64,000 bases of DNA from an uncultured Clostridia bacterium (GTDB taxonomy: Bacteria > Bacillota > Clostridia > TANB77 > CAG-508). The DNA is taken from positions 514 through 64,513 of the forward strand of contig CANRKJ010000008.1 of the NCBI GenBank assembly GCA_947631185.1. The letters run 5' to 3'. Of the stretch, positions 10,280-20,310 are shown piece after piece (the stretch's first letter is position 1; the number at the start of each line of letters is the position of its first letter). The position numbers and the translations under genes were made by a program. The notes under the pieces were generated by a model, which ran no database searches, was not told the DNA's origin, and was given only the letters and a program-made list of their open reading frames with translations.

Positions 10280-10874
10280 ATTCGTTATATTTTAAAATCA
10301 TTTTTTTCTGATATTTTATTAAATAAAATAGAGAAAGAATAATTGAAGATTCTAGTATAGAAAGCTTTATTAAATATTTATTCCAATTATCATATATTTC
10401 AGCTGTTCTTTCTTCTGTAATTTTATCAGCCATTGCTATATTAGTGCTTTTAAATGAGTTATAATTATCATATGCAATCTTATCTATATCTTTGTTTATT
10501 ATTTCATGTTTTGCAAATACTGAAACAAAACATGAAATTACTGAAATAATTGCACAGATTATGAAAAATGTAGTTAATTTGTCTGTAACGTTTGTTATTT
10601 TATCTTTATTTATTTTGCATTTTTTAAATACATCTACAGAACTTATTTTGCACAATAATAGGAATAAAAAGTAAATAATAAATCCACTAAGAATTGATGA
10701 AATAATTGTGAAATTTATAGTTTTAGTGGCTGATATATTTTGAGTAGCCCAACTAAAAAATGCCCTAACCATAAATATTATAAAAATAAAAATTATTCCA
10801 TATGTTATAAAACTATTTATTAAAGCTTTTGATGCAGCTTTATCGGTTATTTCTTTTTTTTCTATATTTTTCAT
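10278..10874 (-). CDS. hypothetical integral membrane protein
   Basis: 198-aa ORF with about 4 hydrophobic segments. No recognisable motif. Confidence 0.5.
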   Translation of the reverse strand: MKNIEKKEITDKAASKALINSFITYGIIFIFIIFMVRAFFSWATQNISATKTINFTIISSILSGFIIYFLFLLLCKISSVDVFKKCKINKDKITNVTDKLTTFFIICAIISVISCFVSVFAKHEIINKDIDKIAYDNYNSFKSTNIAMADKITEERTAEIYDNWNKYLIKLSILESSIILSLFYLIKYQKKMILKYNE

Positions 10875-10962
10875 ATTATCATCCTTTGTAAAAAATTCTT
10901 AATAAAATTATATCACTAAATTTTTTTTAAACAAGATATTTTTAATATAAATTTAAAATCTA

Positions 10963-10991
10963 TTGACTAAAAATTATAGTCGTTATATAAT
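10963..10991 (+). promoter_or_regulatory. sigma-A-type promoter upstream of pcrA
   Basis: TTGACT, 17-nt spacer, TATAAT. Confidence 0.55.
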
Positions 10992-11026
10992 AACAAACAT
11001 AAGTTTCGCTAAAAGAGGAGAAAAAA

Positions 11027-13321
11027 ATGGAGTTATTAAATGGATTAAACAACAAACAATATCAAGCTGTAGTTAATACAGAAGGCCCTTGCTTAGTTAT
11101 AGCTGGAGCTGGGAGTGGAAAAACTAAAGTTTTAACACATAAAATTGCATATTTAATTGCAGAAAAAAATGTTAAACCATGGGAAATATTGGCAATAACT
11201 TTTACAAATAAAGCTGCAAATGAAATGAAAGAAAGAGTAGAAAATTTAGTAGGAGATTCTGCTAAAGATATATGGATGGGAACTTTTCACTCTATTTGTG
11301 TTAGAATACTTAGAAGAACTATAGATAGATTAGGATTTGATACATCATTTGTTATATTTGATACATCAGATCAAAAAACAATGATAAAGCAAATTTTAAA
11401 ATCTCAGAATTTAGATGATAAAATATTTACAGATAAATCTATATTGTACGAAATAAGTAATGCGAAAAATGAAATGTTAGAACCAGCTGAATATGCTGTA
11501 AGAGCAAACGGAGATTTTAGAAAAGAAAAAATTGCAGATGTTTATAAAATTTATCAAAAAAAATTAAAAGAGAATAATGCCATAGATTTTGATGATATAA
11601 TAAATTTTACTATAAAAATTTTAATGGATAATCCAGACGTTTTAGAACATTATTCAGATAAATTTAAATATGTTTTAGTAGATGAATATCAAGATACGAA
11701 TAAAGCTCAATTTACTTTGATAACTTTACTTGCATCAAAATATGGAAATATAACCGTTGTTGGTGATAATGATCAAGGTATATATTCATTTAGAGGTGCA
11801 GACATAACAAATATTCTTAATTTTGAGAAGGATTTTCCTGGAACAAATATTATTAAATTAGAGCAAAATTATAGATGTACTCAAAGTATTTTAAATATTG
11901 CAAATGAAGTTATTAAAAATAATGAAACAAAATATGATAAAAAATTATGGACTGATAATGATGAGGGGCCACTTCCATATGTATTTAAGGGTGATGATGA
12001 ATATGGCGAAGCAAATTTTGTTATAGAACAAATAAAACATTTAAAACGTCAAGAGTATTATAAATATTCAGATTTTGCTGTTTTATATAGAATGAATTCT
12101 CAATCACGTAGTTTAGAAGATATTTTAAGAAGAGAAGATATACCATATAAAATAGTAGGTGGACTAAAATTCTATGAAAGAAAAGAAATTAAAGATATTA
12201 TTGCATATATAAGACTTATTCAAAATACAAATGATAATTTAAGTTTATCAAGAATTATTAATGAACCAAAAAGAGGTGTAGGAAAAACTAGTCTTGATAA
12301 GATTGAAGAGTTATCTGCTAATAATGGAGTTTCAATGTACGATATAATTAAAGATTCTGCTAGTTATGGGTTAAATAGGGTTTTTGCAAATACTAGAGAT
12401 TTTATTAGTACAATAGAAGAATTAAGACAAATAAAAGATAAAGTTAAATTATCTGATTTAATCAAACAAACATTAAGTAAAACTGGATATACTCAAGCAC
12501 TAGAATTAGAAAATACAGTAGAAGCAGAGAATAGATTAGAAAACTTGGAAGAGTTTTTGACAGTAGCTATTGAATTTGAGGAAGAATCTGCAGATAATTC
12601 TTTAGCAGAATTTTTAAATGGAATAACATTAAGTTCAGATTTAGATGGTATAGAGGATACAGAAGATTCAGTTACTTTAATGACATTACATAGTGCAAAA
12701 GGATTAGAGTTTCCTGTAGTATTTTTAGTAGGAATGGAAGAGGGAGTGTTCCCAGGATATAAATCTATTGGTGAACCAAAAGAACTTGAAGAAGAAAGAA
12801 GACTTTGTTATGTTGGAATTACTAGAGCACAAGATAGATTATTTTTAACATGTGCAAAACAAAGAACAATTTTTGGTTCAACTTCATATAATAGTCCATC
12901 TAGATTTATAGGAGAGATTCCTTCAAATATGCTAGACGGATTTGAAGATTTTCAAGATAAAAGAAATCAATCATACGAATCAGAAGATAGATATAATTGG
13001 TCTTATGGAAATAATGGTTATTCAAGAAGTGGTGCTAGGTCATATACAGATTATGATGTAACTAGTAAAAGAGAATCTGATTCAGGATTTTCATTTAGAA
13101 GTGCTGATTCATTTTTAGCTAATCTCAATAAACCAAAAGTAAATAAAGTATCTAATATAGAATCTTATACTTCTGGAACTAGAGTTTTTCATAAGAAGTT
13201 TGGAGAAGGAATAATTAGTAAAGTAGAGCCTGAAGGAGATGACTTAAAGGTAGATATAGATTTTGAAAAAGTTGGACATAAAAGATTAATGGCTAAATTT
13301 GCAGGATTAGAAATTTTATAA
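11027..13321 (+). CDS. pcrA: ATP-dependent DNA helicase PcrA (UvrD family)
   Basis: LNNKQYQAV...AGAGSGKTKVLTHK Walker A, VDEYQDTN, TLHSAKGLEF, YVGITRAQ. Length 764 aa. Confidence 0.9.
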   Translation: MELLNGLNNKQYQAVVNTEGPCLVIAGAGSGKTKVLTHKIAYLIAEKNVKPWEILAITFTNKAANEMKERVENLVGDSAKDIWMGTFHSICVRILRRTIDRLGFDTSFVIFDTSDQKTMIKQILKSQNLDDKIFTDKSILYEISNAKNEMLEPAEYAVRANGDFRKEKIADVYKIYQKKLKENNAIDFDDIINFTIKILMDNPDVLEHYSDKFKYVLVDEYQDTNKAQFTLITLLASKYGNITVVGDNDQGIYSFRGADITNILNFEKDFPGTNIIKLEQNYRCTQSILNIANEVIKNNETKYDKKLWTDNDEGPLPYVFKGDDEYGEANFVIEQIKHLKRQEYYKYSDFAVLYRMNSQSRSLEDILRREDIPYKIVGGLKFYERKEIKDIIAYIRLIQNTNDNLSLSRIINEPKRGVGKTSLDKIEELSANNGVSMYDIIKDSASYGLNRVFANTRDFISTIEELRQIKDKVKLSDLIKQTLSKTGYTQALELENTVEAENRLENLEEFLTVAIEFEEESADNSLAEFLNGITLSSDLDGIEDTEDSVTLMTLHSAKGLEFPVVFLVGMEEGVFPGYKSIGEPKELEEERRLCYVGITRAQDRLFLTCAKQRTIFGSTSYNSPSRFIGEIPSNMLDGFEDFQDKRNQSYESEDRYNWSYGNNGYSRSGARSYTDYDVTSKRESDSGFSFRSADSFLANLNKPKVNKVSNIESYTSGTRVFHKKFGEGIISKVEPEGDDLKVDIDFEKVGHKRLMAKFAGLEIL

Positions 13322-13399
13322 AGTTATAGCTAAAATTATGTTTATATTTATATAAAAATAGTATAATTATAGTATTATATAAATATTAAAGAGGAAAGT

Positions 13400-14635
13400 A
13401 TGAGAAAAAATGATGAACAATTTTCAAGGAAAAAAAGATTAAGAATTGATAGAATAATATTAGTTTTAGTTATTTTATATATAATAATTTCAGGAATTTC
13501 AATGCTATTAAGTCAATTTAAACATTCAGAAACAGATAATCATAATGATATAAAACAGTCTTTTTTGAAAATAGATGCTTTATCAGAAGATTATAAAGTT
13601 GAAGTATTACCTGATAAAAAAATTTCTATTGCTGTTATTGGAGATATTATGTGTCATAATACTCAATTTAAAGATGCGTATTCTAATGGACAATATGATT
13701 TCTCATATGTTTTTGATGATATAAAAGAAAAAATAGAATATGCTGATCTTGCAATAGGAAATTTAGAGACGACATTTGCTGGAAGTGAAGTTGGGTATTC
13801 TAGTTATCCTACATTTAATACTCCTGAACACTTGGCAACTGATTTAAAAGAATTAGGTATTGATGTTTTATCTACAGTTAATAATCATTGTTTAGATAAA
13901 GGTTATAAAGGTATTGAAAACACTATAAATGAGCTTGATAAAGTTGGTATAGTTCATACTGGAACTTATTCATCAGAGGAAAAATCAAATGAGATAACAA
14001 TTAAAGAAGTAAAAGATATGAAAATAGCTATTTTAGCTTATACTTATGGAACAAATGGTATACCAATTCCAAGTGACAAAAAATATTGTGTTAATTTAAT
14101 AGACAAAGAAAAAATTGTTGCCGATTTAAAAAAAGCTAAAGAATTAAAACCAGATTTAATAATAGCTATAATGCATTGGGGATCTGAATATCAAACATCT
14201 CCCAATAGTGAGCAACAGGAGTTAGCTGACTTATTATTTAAAAATGGAGTAAATATAATTTTAGGAAGTCATCCTCATGTTTTACAGAAAATGGAGAAGA
14301 GAGAAATTATATTAGAAGATGGAACTAAAAATGAAGGATTTATTATTTATTCACTAGGAAATTTTATGTCTGGTCAGGTTAAATCAGGAACAAAACAGTC
14401 AGTAATTTTAAACATAAATCTAACAAAAAGTGGAAAAAATAATACAATATCAATAGATTCTGTGAATTATACACCAATATACACATTTAAAGGAACTCAT
14501 TATAGATTATTAGATATTCAAAAAACTATAGATAATTATAATAATGGAAATACAACTTATAGTAAAGATACAATTTCTTTATTAAGAAATGAATTAGAGC
14601 AGATTAAAAACAGATTAGGAAATATCACAGAATAA
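13400..14635 (+). CDS. CapA/PGA_cap-family metallophosphatase-like protein, membrane anchored
   Basis: N-terminal TM. GDIMCH, NNHCLD, MHWGSEY and GSHPHV motifs typical of the CapA family. Confidence 0.75.
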   Translation: MRKNDEQFSRKKRLRIDRIILVLVILYIIISGISMLLSQFKHSETDNHNDIKQSFLKIDALSEDYKVEVLPDKKISIAVIGDIMCHNTQFKDAYSNGQYDFSYVFDDIKEKIEYADLAIGNLETTFAGSEVGYSSYPTFNTPEHLATDLKELGIDVLSTVNNHCLDKGYKGIENTINELDKVGIVHTGTYSSEEKSNEITIKEVKDMKIAILAYTYGTNGIPIPSDKKYCVNLIDKEKIVADLKKAKELKPDLIIAIMHWGSEYQTSPNSEQQELADLLFKNGVNIILGSHPHVLQKMEKREIILEDGTKNEGFIIYSLGNFMSGQVKSGTKQSVILNINLTKSGKNNTISIDSVNYTPIYTFKGTHYRLLDIQKTIDNYNNGNTTYSKDTISLLRNELEQIKNRLGNITE

Positions 14636-14680
14636 AAAAATATAATGTTAACTAAGGGAAAATTAGGATTTGTTCCATAC

Positions 14681-14709
14681 TTGATTATTTTATGTAAATA
14701 TGGTATAAT
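14681..14709 (+). promoter_or_regulatory. sigma-A-type promoter for the G+C-rich ORF
   Basis: TTGATT, 17-nt spacer, TATAAT preceded by TGG. Confidence 0.5.
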
Positions 14710-14781
14710 TGTTATATGTTCGACAATTCGGTCGACATAGTTTGAGATTTCTATCGTATATGATAGAGAGGAGTTAATAGC

Positions 14782-15405
14782 ATGAGAAATAAAACAAGAG
14801 AAGAAAACAACTTAATGCCCGGAATTGTGGCGCTGACTGATTTTTCAGTTCCTGAAGCGCAGGAAAAAATCTGCGAAGGCGAACAGAAGGTCAAAAATGC
14901 TGAAAGTGCAAGTGTAGCCTACTATGCTGGTGATTTTGCCAGTAATAACGAGGCGAAAAAGCACAATGAGGCAAAAAAACTCCGGAGTAAGCAGAGAAAA
15001 ACAAATGTCCGCAAGGACAGGCAAAATCGAATTGATGGGCCTAAAAACAGGGATAAACACATGTATCGCGTAACGGATTCGAATTGCCAATCTATCTACG
15101 GGTATGTAACGAATGGTAATGTGATGCACAGTGACAGACGTCGTATGAGTGCAGCTGAGTATAAGCTGAAGGAGTATTGCTACGAGAGCGAAGCTGGTAC
15201 AGATGTGGATAGGGCTGATACAACTACTGAAAAAGAGACTATAGTCCACACTGAGAATATGACGGACCATATTACACAGGTATTTGTGGATGCTCTGATA
15301 AAAGATGGAGTATCACCTGATGTAGCTCATGATCTGGCAATGAATATTTGGCTTGCCTGCGACGATTATAACCTCGCAGAGGTAGCCTACGGTAATGTCA
15401 AGTAA
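14782..15405 (+). CDS. hypothetical protein on a compositionally foreign (G+C-rich) islet
   Basis: 207-aa ORF after GAGAGGAG. G+C content and codon usage (GCG, CGC, CTG, one CGG) are clearly unlike the flanks. No recognisable family. Confidence 0.5.
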   Translation: MRNKTREENNLMPGIVALTDFSVPEAQEKICEGEQKVKNAESASVAYYAGDFASNNEAKKHNEAKKLRSKQRKTNVRKDRQNRIDGPKNRDKHMYRVTDSNCQSIYGYVTNGNVMHSDRRRMSAAEYKLKEYCYESEAGTDVDRADTTTEKETIVHTENMTDHITQVFVDALIKDGVSPDVAHDLAMNIWLACDDYNLAEVAYGNVK

Positions 15406-15468
15406 GTCCTTTGCAATAGCTTACAGGGCTAAGTTTGTAACGACAATAACTCAAAATCAAAACGAAAG

Positions 15469-15501
15469 GGACGCGGTTACTACCGCGTTCTTTTTGTTTT
15501 T
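15469..15501 (+). terminator. rho-independent terminator of the G+C-rich ORF
   Basis: GGACGCGGT-TACT-ACCGCGTTC stem followed by TTTTTGTTTTT. Confidence 0.7.
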
Positions 15502-15857
15502 GCGGGCGCCCATTGGGCGCCCGCAAAAAAATAATCGAAATAATAAAATGATAAACGTCCATATAACATAATATTATATTGTTTCGACGTTTATTTATAT
15601 TATTAATTTGTAGGGGCGCTCATTGGGCGCCCGCAAAAAAATAATCGAAATAATAAAATGATAAACGCCCATATAGCATAATATTATATTGTTTCGGCGT
15701 TTATTTATATTATTAATTTGTAGGGGCGCCCATTGGGCGCCCGCAAAAAAATAATCGAAATAATAAAATGATAAACGCCCATATAGCATAATATTATATT
15801 GTTTCGGCGTTTATTTATATTATTATTAATTTGTAGGGGCGCTCATCGGGCGCCCGC
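15502..15857 (+). repeat. tandem array (3 units of 110-113 bp plus a terminal partial unit), each unit starting with a G+C-rich palindrome
   Basis: (TGTAG)GGGCGCYCATTGGGCGCCCGC at 15502, 15609, 15719 and 15832. The units are near-identical, including an inner hairpin ATAAACGCC...GGCGTTTAT. Confidence 0.9.
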
Positions 15858-15878
15858 ATGTTTTCTTATATAAAAAGC

Positions 15879-15907
15879 TTGAATTTGCAATACATTTATA
15901 ATATAAT
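15879..15907 (+). promoter_or_regulatory. sigma-A-type promoter upstream of the ABC-F gene
   Basis: TTGAAT, 17-nt spacer, TATAAT. Confidence 0.5.
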
Positions 15908-15943
15908 ATGGAACATAAGTGTGAGATTTCAAGGAGGTTTAAA

Positions 15944-17530
15944 ATGTTAAGTTCAAATGGAGTTACTCTTAGATTTGGTAAAAGGGTTTTGTTTGAAGAT
16001 GTAAATATAAAATTTACTAAAGGAAATTGTTATGGTTTAATAGGTGCGAATGGAGCTGGAAAATCAACTTTTTTAAAGATTTTATCAGGAGAAATTGAAC
16101 CAAATAAAGGAGAAGTTATTTTAGATAAAGGTGAAAGATTATCTATTCTTAAACAAGACCACTTTGCTTTTGAGGAATATCCCGTAATAGATACTGTTAT
16201 GATGGGAAATAGTGAATTATATAGTATTATGAAAGAAAAAGATGCTATATATGCTAAACCAGATTTTTCAGAAGAAGATGGAATGAGAGCTGCTAAGCTT
16301 GAAGAAAGGTTTGCAGAACTTGATGGTTGGAATGCAGAATCAGATAGTGCAAAATTATTAAATGATTTAGGAATAGAATCAGATTTACATTACAAATTGA
16401 TGAAAGAAATTGAAGCAAAAGATAAAGTTAAAGTTTTATTAGCTCAAGCTTTATTTGGTAATCCAGATGTTCTTTTATTAGATGAACCTACAAATGATTT
16501 AGATATAAAAGCAATAAATTGGCTTCAAGATTTTTTAATTGATTTTGATAATACAGTTATTGTAGTATCACATGATAGATATTTCTTAAATAAAGTTTGT
16601 ACTCATATAGCTGATGTTGATTTTGGAAAAATAAAAGTTTATCCAGGAAATTATGATTTTTGGTATGAATCTAGTCAACTCGCATTAAAACAAATGAAAG
16701 AAGCAAATAAAAAGAAAGAAGAAAGAATTAAAGAACTTCAAGATTTTATTGCTAGATTTAGTGCAAATGCTTCAAAGTCAAAACAAGCTACATCTAGAAA
16801 AAAATCTTTGGAAAAAATAGAACTTGATGAAATTAAACCTTCAAATAGAAAATATCCATATATAGATTTTAAACCTGATAGGGAATATGGAAAAGAAATT
16901 TTAGAAGTTAAAAATTTAAGTAAAACTATAAATGGAGAAAAAATATTAGATAATATTACATTTACAATTAAAAGAGATGATAAAGTTGCATTACTTTCAG
17001 ATAATGAAATTGCAAAGACAGTTCTATTTCAAATATTAGCTGGTGAAGAAACTGCTGACTCAGGAGAAATTATTTGGGGAACTACAATTACAAAAGATTA
17101 TTTTCCAAAAGATAATAATTATTTATTTGATTTAGATGTTAATATAGTAGATTGGTTAAGACAATATTCTAAAGATCCAGATGAAACTTATGTTAGAGGA
17201 TTTCTTGGAAGAATGTTGTTTTCTGGAGAAGAAGCCTTAAAAAAAGTTAAAGTTTTATCTGGAGGAGAAAAAGTTAGATGTGTTTTATCAAAACTTATGC
17301 TTTCTGGCGCTAATTTCTTAATTTTTGATGAACCTACTAACCATCTAGATATGGAAAGTATAACTGCTTTAAATGAAGGTATGCAAAAATATAAGGGAAT
17401 ATTATTATTTACATCTCACGATCATCAACTTACTCAAACTGTTGCAAATAAAATCATTGATTTGTCTAATAATAATGTTGTTGTACGTGAATGTACTTAT
17501 GATGAATATCTAGAAGAAATAAATAATTAA
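15944..17530 (+). CDS. ABC-F family ATPase (two ABC domains, no TM; translation-factor type)
   Basis: Two Walker A motifs (GANGAGKST and a degenerate second), LSGGEK signature, LLLDEPTNDL / LIFDEPTNHL Walker B, K/E-rich linker. ATG 15944 follows AAGGAGG. Confidence 0.85.
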   Translation: MLSSNGVTLRFGKRVLFEDVNIKFTKGNCYGLIGANGAGKSTFLKILSGEIEPNKGEVILDKGERLSILKQDHFAFEEYPVIDTVMMGNSELYSIMKEKDAIYAKPDFSEEDGMRAAKLEERFAELDGWNAESDSAKLLNDLGIESDLHYKLMKEIEAKDKVKVLLAQALFGNPDVLLLDEPTNDLDIKAINWLQDFLIDFDNTVIVVSHDRYFLNKVCTHIADVDFGKIKVYPGNYDFWYESSQLALKQMKEANKKKEERIKELQDFIARFSANASKSKQATSRKKSLEKIELDEIKPSNRKYPYIDFKPDREYGKEILEVKNLSKTINGEKILDNITFTIKRDDKVALLSDNEIAKTVLFQILAGEETADSGEIIWGTTITKDYFPKDNNYLFDLDVNIVDWLRQYSKDPDETYVRGFLGRMLFSGEEALKKVKVLSGGEKVRCVLSKLMLSGANFLIFDEPTNHLDMESITALNEGMQKYKGILLFTSHDHQLTQTVANKIIDLSNNNVVVRECTYDEYLEEINN

Positions 17531-17560
17531 TTATTAGTTTCTCAATATATGGAGGATATT

Positions 17561-18052
17561 ATGGAAGATAGTTTGGCAACAGAAATATTTGAAAAAACTG
17601 AAGATAGTATTTATAGTTTACTAGAACAACATACAGAATTTAATGGTTTAGAGCAAACTATGGTTTATATGCATATGAGAGCATATTATATTGTTGTTAC
17701 AAAACTTTATATAAAAAAGTTTGAAAAAAAATTAGAGTTTGATAAAATGTTTGCTAAATATAAGTTTAATATATTGAATTACTATAAAGTAAACAATCCA
17801 GGTATACCTGAAGTTTTGCTTAATGATTTAATGCAATCATTTGATGTTTCTTTTGAACTTATCGAAAGTATAGAACTTAATGATGTATTAGATAATGACC
17901 TCTTTACAAAGTTTACCAGACAAGTTTTAGAAAATCTTCATGCTATTATTGAAAGAAGAAGTAAAAGAGTTATTTCTACATCATTTTATAAAAATGAGGG
18001 GATATTTGTGGATACTGCTAATGTAGTAAAAGAATTAGTAAAAAATAATTAA
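17561..18052 (+). CDS. hypothetical protein
   Basis: ORF following GGAGG (ATG 17561). No recognisable motif. Confidence 0.45.
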   Translation: MEDSLATEIFEKTEDSIYSLLEQHTEFNGLEQTMVYMHMRAYYIVVTKLYIKKFEKKLEFDKMFAKYKFNILNYYKVNNPGIPEVLLNDLMQSFDVSFELIESIELNDVLDNDLFTKFTRQVLENLHAIIERRSKRVISTSFYKNEGIFVDTANVVKELVKNN

Positions 18053-18071
18053 ATTGTAGGAAGAGGAAAAA

Positions 18072-20228
18072 ATGGATAAAATTTTTAAAAAAATTGCAGA
18101 TGAATTAAATATTAGAGAATCTCAAGTAGAGGCTACAGTCAAACTTATTGATGATGGAAATACAATTCCTTTTATTGCTCGTTATAGGAAAGAAATAACT
18201 GGTAATTTAAGTGATGAAACTTTGAGAGAGCTTGATGAAAGATTAAAATACTTAAGAAATTTGGAAAATAGAAAAGAGGAAATAATTAGACTTATTGATG
18301 AACAAGGAAAACTTACAGATGAACTTACAATTAAAATTGCTGGAACAATGGTTTTATCTGAATTAGAGGATATATATAGACCTTTTAAGCCAAAAAAGAG
18401 AACTAGAGCAACTATTGCTAAAGAAAAAGGATTAGAACCTTTAAGTAATATTATATATCTACAAAATGAAAAGAAGGATATTTATGAGATTGCAAAAGAA
18501 TATATAGATGAAGAAAAAGAAATAAATACAGTAGAAGATGCAATAGCAGGAGCATGTGATATTATTGCTGAAAATATTGCTGATGATGCTGATTATAGAA
18601 AGAAAATAAAATCACTTTGCTTTAGAGAGGCTGTTATAGAAACTAAAGGTGCAAAAGAAGAAAGTTCTGCTTATGATATGTATTATGATTATAAAGAAGC
18701 AATATTAAAAATTCCTAGTCATAGAATTTTAGCAATAAATAGAGGAGAGAAAGAGGAATTTTTAAAAGTTAAATTGGTTAAACCAGAAGGAAAAATTTTA
18801 GATTATTTAAGAGGAAAAATAATTATAAATAACAAAAGTCAATTCAATGAAATATTATCAAATACTATAGAAGATGCTTTTAAAAGATTAATTGAACCAT
18901 CTATTGAAAGAGAAATAAGAAGCGATTTGACAGAAAAAGCTGAAGAGCAAGCAATAAAAGTATTTGGTAAAAATGCAAAACAACTTTTATTACAGCCACC
19001 AATTAAAAATATGACAGTTATGGGATTTGATCCAGCTTATAGAACTGGTTGTAAAATTGCTGTTATTGATAAAACAGGAAAATTGTTAGATACTACAACT
19101 GTTTATCCAACAGAGCCTCAAAATGATATTGATGGTGCAAAAAATACTTTAAAAGCATTAATTTTAAAATATAATGTAAATATGATTGCAATTGGAAATG
19201 GTACTGCATCAAGAGAGTCAGAAGCTTTTGTATCAGATTTAATAAAAGAAATTTCTGGTGAAATATATTATGCAATAGTTAGTGAAGCTGGTGCATCAGT
19301 ATATTCTGCTTCAAAGCTAGCAACAGAAGAATATCCAGATATAAATGTATCTTTAAGAGGTGCAATTTCAATTGCTAGACGTTTACAAGATCCTTTATCA
19401 GAACTTGTAAAAATTGATCCTAAGGCAATTGGTGTTGGTCAATATCAACATGATGTTAATCAAAAAAGACTAAGTGAAAGTTTGACAGGTGTTGTAGAAG
19501 ACGCGGTTAACTCAGTAGGTGTTGATGTTAATACTGCTACTCCTTCATTATTATCATATGTGTCTGGAATAAATAATACAATAGCTAAAAATATTGTTAA
19601 GTATAGAGATGAAAATGGGGAAATTAAAGAAAGAAAGGAATTATTAAAAGTTCCTAAACTTGGGCAAGTAGCATATAAACAATGTGCTGGTTTTATTAGA
19701 ATAATAGATGGAAAAAATCCACTAGAAGTTACAGGAGTTCATCCTGAAAGTTATGATGCTGCTGAGCAGTTATTAACAGATTTGGGATATTCTGTGGAAA
19801 ACTTATACGATAAAAATAAATTATCTGAAATAAAAGATAAACTTGCAAAAGTTAATGTATCTAAAGAGGCAGAGAAATTAAATATAGGATCTTTAACTTT
19901 AAAAGATATTATAGACGAAATATCTAAACCAGGAAGAGATCCTAGAGAGAATATGCCTAAACCAATTCTTAGAAGTGATGTACTAAAATTTGATGATTTA
20001 CAAGAAGGAATGATATTAACAGGTACAGTTAGAAATGTAATAGATTTTGGTGCTTTTGTAGATGTAGGGGTAAAACATGATGGATTAGTACATATATCAC
20101 AAATGGCAGATAGATATATAAAAAATCCTTCAGATGTTGTTTCAGTAGGTGATATAGTTAAAGTAAAGGTAATTGGAATAGATAAAGATAAACAGAAAGT
20201 TAGTTTATCTATGAAAATAAGTGAATAG
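18072..20228 (+). CDS. tex: Tex-like transcription accessory protein (YqgF/RuvC-like, HhH and C-terminal S1 domains)
   Basis: N-terminal ...IPFIARYRKE..., central YqgF-like MGFDPAYRTGCKIAVID. C-terminal S1 domain GTVRNVIDFGAFVDVGVKHDGLVHISQ. 718 aa. Confidence 0.9.
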   Translation: MDKIFKKIADELNIRESQVEATVKLIDDGNTIPFIARYRKEITGNLSDETLRELDERLKYLRNLENRKEEIIRLIDEQGKLTDELTIKIAGTMVLSELEDIYRPFKPKKRTRATIAKEKGLEPLSNIIYLQNEKKDIYEIAKEYIDEEKEINTVEDAIAGACDIIAENIADDADYRKKIKSLCFREAVIETKGAKEESSAYDMYYDYKEAILKIPSHRILAINRGEKEEFLKVKLVKPEGKILDYLRGKIIINNKSQFNEILSNTIEDAFKRLIEPSIEREIRSDLTEKAEEQAIKVFGKNAKQLLLQPPIKNMTVMGFDPAYRTGCKIAVIDKTGKLLDTTTVYPTEPQNDIDGAKNTLKALILKYNVNMIAIGNGTASRESEAFVSDLIKEISGEIYYAIVSEAGASVYSASKLATEEYPDINVSLRGAISIARRLQDPLSELVKIDPKAIGVGQYQHDVNQKRLSESLTGVVEDAVNSVGVDVNTATPSLLSYVSGINNTIAKNIVKYRDENGEIKERKELLKVPKLGQVAYKQCAGFIRIIDGKNPLEVTGVHPESYDAAEQLLTDLGYSVENLYDKNKLSEIKDKLAKVNVSKEAEKLNIGSLTLKDIIDEISKPGRDPRENMPKPILRSDVLKFDDLQEGMILTGTVRNVIDFGAFVDVGVKHDGLVHISQMADRYIKNPSDVVSVGDIVKVKVIGIDKDKQKVSLSMKISE

Positions 20229-20235
20229 AATACAA

Positions 20236-20266
20236 AAAAGCTACAAAATTAATGTAGCTTTTTGTT
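20236..20266 (+). terminator. rho-independent terminator after tex
   Basis: AAGCTACA-aaattaa-TGTAGCTT stem followed by TTTTG. Confidence 0.7.
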
Positions 20267-20310
20267 ATCTTATATGAAAGTTTTCACGAAATTTTAGTGT
20301 TTGTTGTTCT

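Noticed and set aside
14845-15270. 141-aa minus-strand ORF antisense to the G+C-rich ORF.
   Set aside because: It is an antisense shadow of the longer RBS-preceded plus-strand ORF, with no start context.
15502-15634. G+C-rich hairpins as rho-independent terminators.
   Set aside because: On the plus strand the stems are followed by A-runs. On the minus strand they are followed by AAAAAC or AT-mixed sequence rather than a U-tract. The real terminator of the upstream ORF is the separate hairpin at 15469-15501.
15595-15789. 64-aa minus-strand ORF.
   Set aside because: It lies wholly inside the tandem repeat array, has a repetitive translation and has no RBS.
15502-15857. Possible CRISPR array (regularly spaced G+C-rich palindromic repeats).
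   Set aside because: The sequences between the palindromes are themselves near-identical from unit to unit (a 110-bp tandem repeat), not unique spacers. No cas genes are in the window.
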